A stretch of DNA of 64,000 nucleotides, taken from contig OZ024753.1 of the NCBI GenBank assembly GCA_964016885.1, positions 24,366,001-24,430,000 on the forward strand, read 5' to 3'. Below the pieces are notes generated by a model. That model saw nothing but the letters and a program-made list of their open reading frames with translations. It had not been told where the DNA came from and made no database searches. The translations under genes were made by a program, and so were the position numbers. Shown here in pieces: positions 61,701 through 64,000 of the stretch (positions within the stretch are counted from its first letter, which is position 1; every line of letters starts with the position of its first letter). The DNA is from Eledone cirrhosa (lineage: Eukaryota).

Positions 61701-64000
61701 TAACACTGTATGTAACAGACAGAGGACTAAAACTGTATGTAACAGACAAAGGATTACCACTGTATGTAACAAACAGAGGACTAACACTGTGTGCAACAGA
61801 CAGAGGAGTAACACTGTATGTAACAGACAGAGGATAAACACTGTATGTAACAGACAGAGGCCTAACATTGTATTCAACAGACAGAGGACTAACACTGTAT
61901 GTAACAGACAGAGGACTAACACTGTATGTAACAGACAGAGGACTAACACTGTATGTAACAGACAGAGGACTAACACTGTATGTAATAGACAGAGGACTAA
62001 CACTGTATGTAATAGACAGAGGAGTAAAACTGTATGTAACAGACAGAGGATAAACACTGTATGTAACAGACAGAGGACTAACACTGTATGTAACAGACAG
62101 TGGACTAACACTGTATGCAACAGACAGAGGACTAACACTGTATGTAACAGACAGAGGACTAACACTGTATGTAACAGACAGAGGACTAACACTGTATGTA
62201 ACAGACAGAGGACTAACACTGTATGTAACAGACAAAGGGTTAACACTGTATGTAACAGACAGAGGACTAACACTGTACGTAACAGACAGGGGACTAACAC
62301 ATTATGTAACAGACAGAGGAGTAACACTGTATGTAACAGACAGAGGGTTAACTCTGTATGTAACAGAGTACTAACACTGTATGTAACAGACAGAGGACTA
62401 GCACTGTATGTAACAGACAGAGGACTGACAATGTATGTAATAGACAGAGGACTAACACTGTATGTAACAGACAGATGGTTAACACTGTATGCAAAAGACA
62501 AAGGACTAACACTGTATGTAACTGACAGAGGGTTAACTCTGTATGTAACAGAGTACTAACACTGTATGTAACAGACAGAGGACTAGCACTGTATGTAACA
62601 GACAGAGGACTGACAATGTATGTAACAGACAGAGGACTAACAGTGTATGTAACAGGGAGAGGACTAACATTGTATGTAACAGACAGAGAACTCATACTGT
62701 ATGTAACAGACAGAGGGTTAACACTGTATGTAACAGACAGAGGACTAACCCTGTATGTAACAGACAGAGGACTAACTGTGTATGTAACAGACAGAGGAAT
62801 AACACTGTATGTAACAGACAGAGGACTCATATTGTATGTAATAGACAGAGGTTAACACTGTATGTAACAGACAGAGGACTAACACTGTATGTAACAGACA
62901 GAGGACTAACACTGTATGTAACATACAGAGGACTAACACTGTATGTAACAGACAGAGGGATAACACTGTATGTAACAGACAGAAAACTAACACTGTATGT
63001 AACAGACAGAGGACTAAAAGTGTATGTAACAGACAGAGGACTAACACTGTATGTAACAGACAGAGGACTCATATTGTATGTAATAGACAGAGGTTAACAC
63101 TGTATGTAACAGACAGAGGACTAACACTGTATGTAACAGACAGAGGACTAACACTGTATGTAACAGACAGAGGACTAAAACTGTATGTAACAGACAAAGG
63201 ATTACCACTGTATGTAACAAACAGAGGACTAACACTGTGTGCAACAGACAGAGGAGTAACACTGTATGTAACAGACAGAGGATAAACACTGTATGTAACA
63301 GACAGAGGCCTAACATTGTATTCAACAGACAGAGGACTAACACTGTATGTAACAGACAGAGGACTAACACTGTATGTAACAGACAGAGGACTAACACTGT
63401 ATGTAACAGACAGAGGACTAACACTGTATGTAATAGACAGAGGAGTAAAACTGTATGTAACAGACAGAGGATAAACACTGTATGTAACAGACAGAGGACT
63501 AACACTGTATGTAACAGACAGTGGACTAACACTGTATGCAACAGACAGAGGACTAACACTGTATGTAACAGACAGAGGACTAACACTGTATGTAACAGAC
63601 AGAGGACTAACACTGTATGTAACAGACAGAGGACTAACACTGTATGTAACAGACAAAGGGTTAACACTGTATGTAACAGACAGAGGACTAACACTGTACG
63701 TAACAGACAGGGGACTAACACATTATGTAACAGACAGAGGAGTAACACTGTATGTAACAGACAGAGGACTAACACTGTATGTAACAGACAGAGGACTAAA
63801 ACTGTATGTAATAGACAGAGGACTAACACTGTATGTAACAGACAGATGGTTAACACTGTATGCAAAAGACAAAGGATTAACACTGTATGTAACAGACAGA
63901 GGACTAACAGTGTATGTAACAGACAGAGGACTAACACTGTATGCAATAGACAGAGGACGAACACTGTATGCAACAGATAGAGGACTAATATTGTATGTAA

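Larger units (their letters stand above)
1..64000 (+). repeat. 27-bp tandem satellite array, consensus CTGTATGTAACAGACAGAGGACTAACA, about 2,370 monomers, head-to-tail, running off both window ends
   Basis: The monomer is readable on every line, most copies have 0-3 substitutions, and all ORF translations are 9-aa periodic. The only interruptions are eight inverted monomers and small deletions. Confidence 0.99.

Noticed and set aside
1-64000. Hundreds of long ORFs on both strands (up to 870 aa at 58660..61272)
   Set aside because: 27 bp is 9 codons and the consensus has stops in only one frame per strand, so four overlapping frames are open by default. Frameshifting deletions and nonsense variants are copied freely and there is no unique N- or C-terminus. 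Repeat-derived translation cannot be strictly excluded without ribosome or proteomic data, but nothing here supports it.
1-64000. CRISPR array (27-bp repeat is in the size range)
   Set aside because: Repeats are directly adjacent with no spacers, and there is no leader or cas gene.
1-64000. Telomerase-made long telomeric repeat of budding-yeast type
   Set aside because: Variants are inherited in kb-scale duplicated blocks, which indicates DNA-level duplication rather than synthesis from an RNA template. There is no G-rich strand, and the length is far beyond typical yeast telomeres.
1-64000. Variant order as an encoded message or diversity-generating cassette system
   Set aside because: The patterns are fully explained by point mutation plus in-register duplication, and no recombinase, reverse transcriptase or expression site is present in the window.

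Overview
The whole 64 kb window is one uninterrupted tandem array (satellite/minisatellite type) of a 27-bp monomer, consensus CTGTATGTAACAGACAGAGGACTAACA. There are about 2,370 copies (64,000/27); the consensus is 11/27 GC, A-rich on the + strand and has no CpG. I found no unique sequence, credible gene, RNA gene, transposon or CRISPR spacer. All listed ORFs are artefacts of a 9-codon period with four stop-free frames (YVTDRGLTL, CNRQRTNTV, LLHTVLVLC, SVTYSVSPL). The real structure is internal: (1) eight copies of a single ~30-bp, phase-preserving inverted monomer that forms a near-perfect hairpin with its neighbour and falls into three subtypes; (2) recurrent fixed-order cassettes of variant monomers; (3) short-monomer indel markers (22, 23, 25, 26 bp); (4) a nested set of tandem block duplications of about 0.2 to 8.1 kb with no single fixed higher-order period. 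The array looks like eukaryotic satellite DNA, but the organism and family cannot be named from the sequence. I cannot support a new protein-based system here. Duplication boundaries are estimates from marker and ORF-track offsets.
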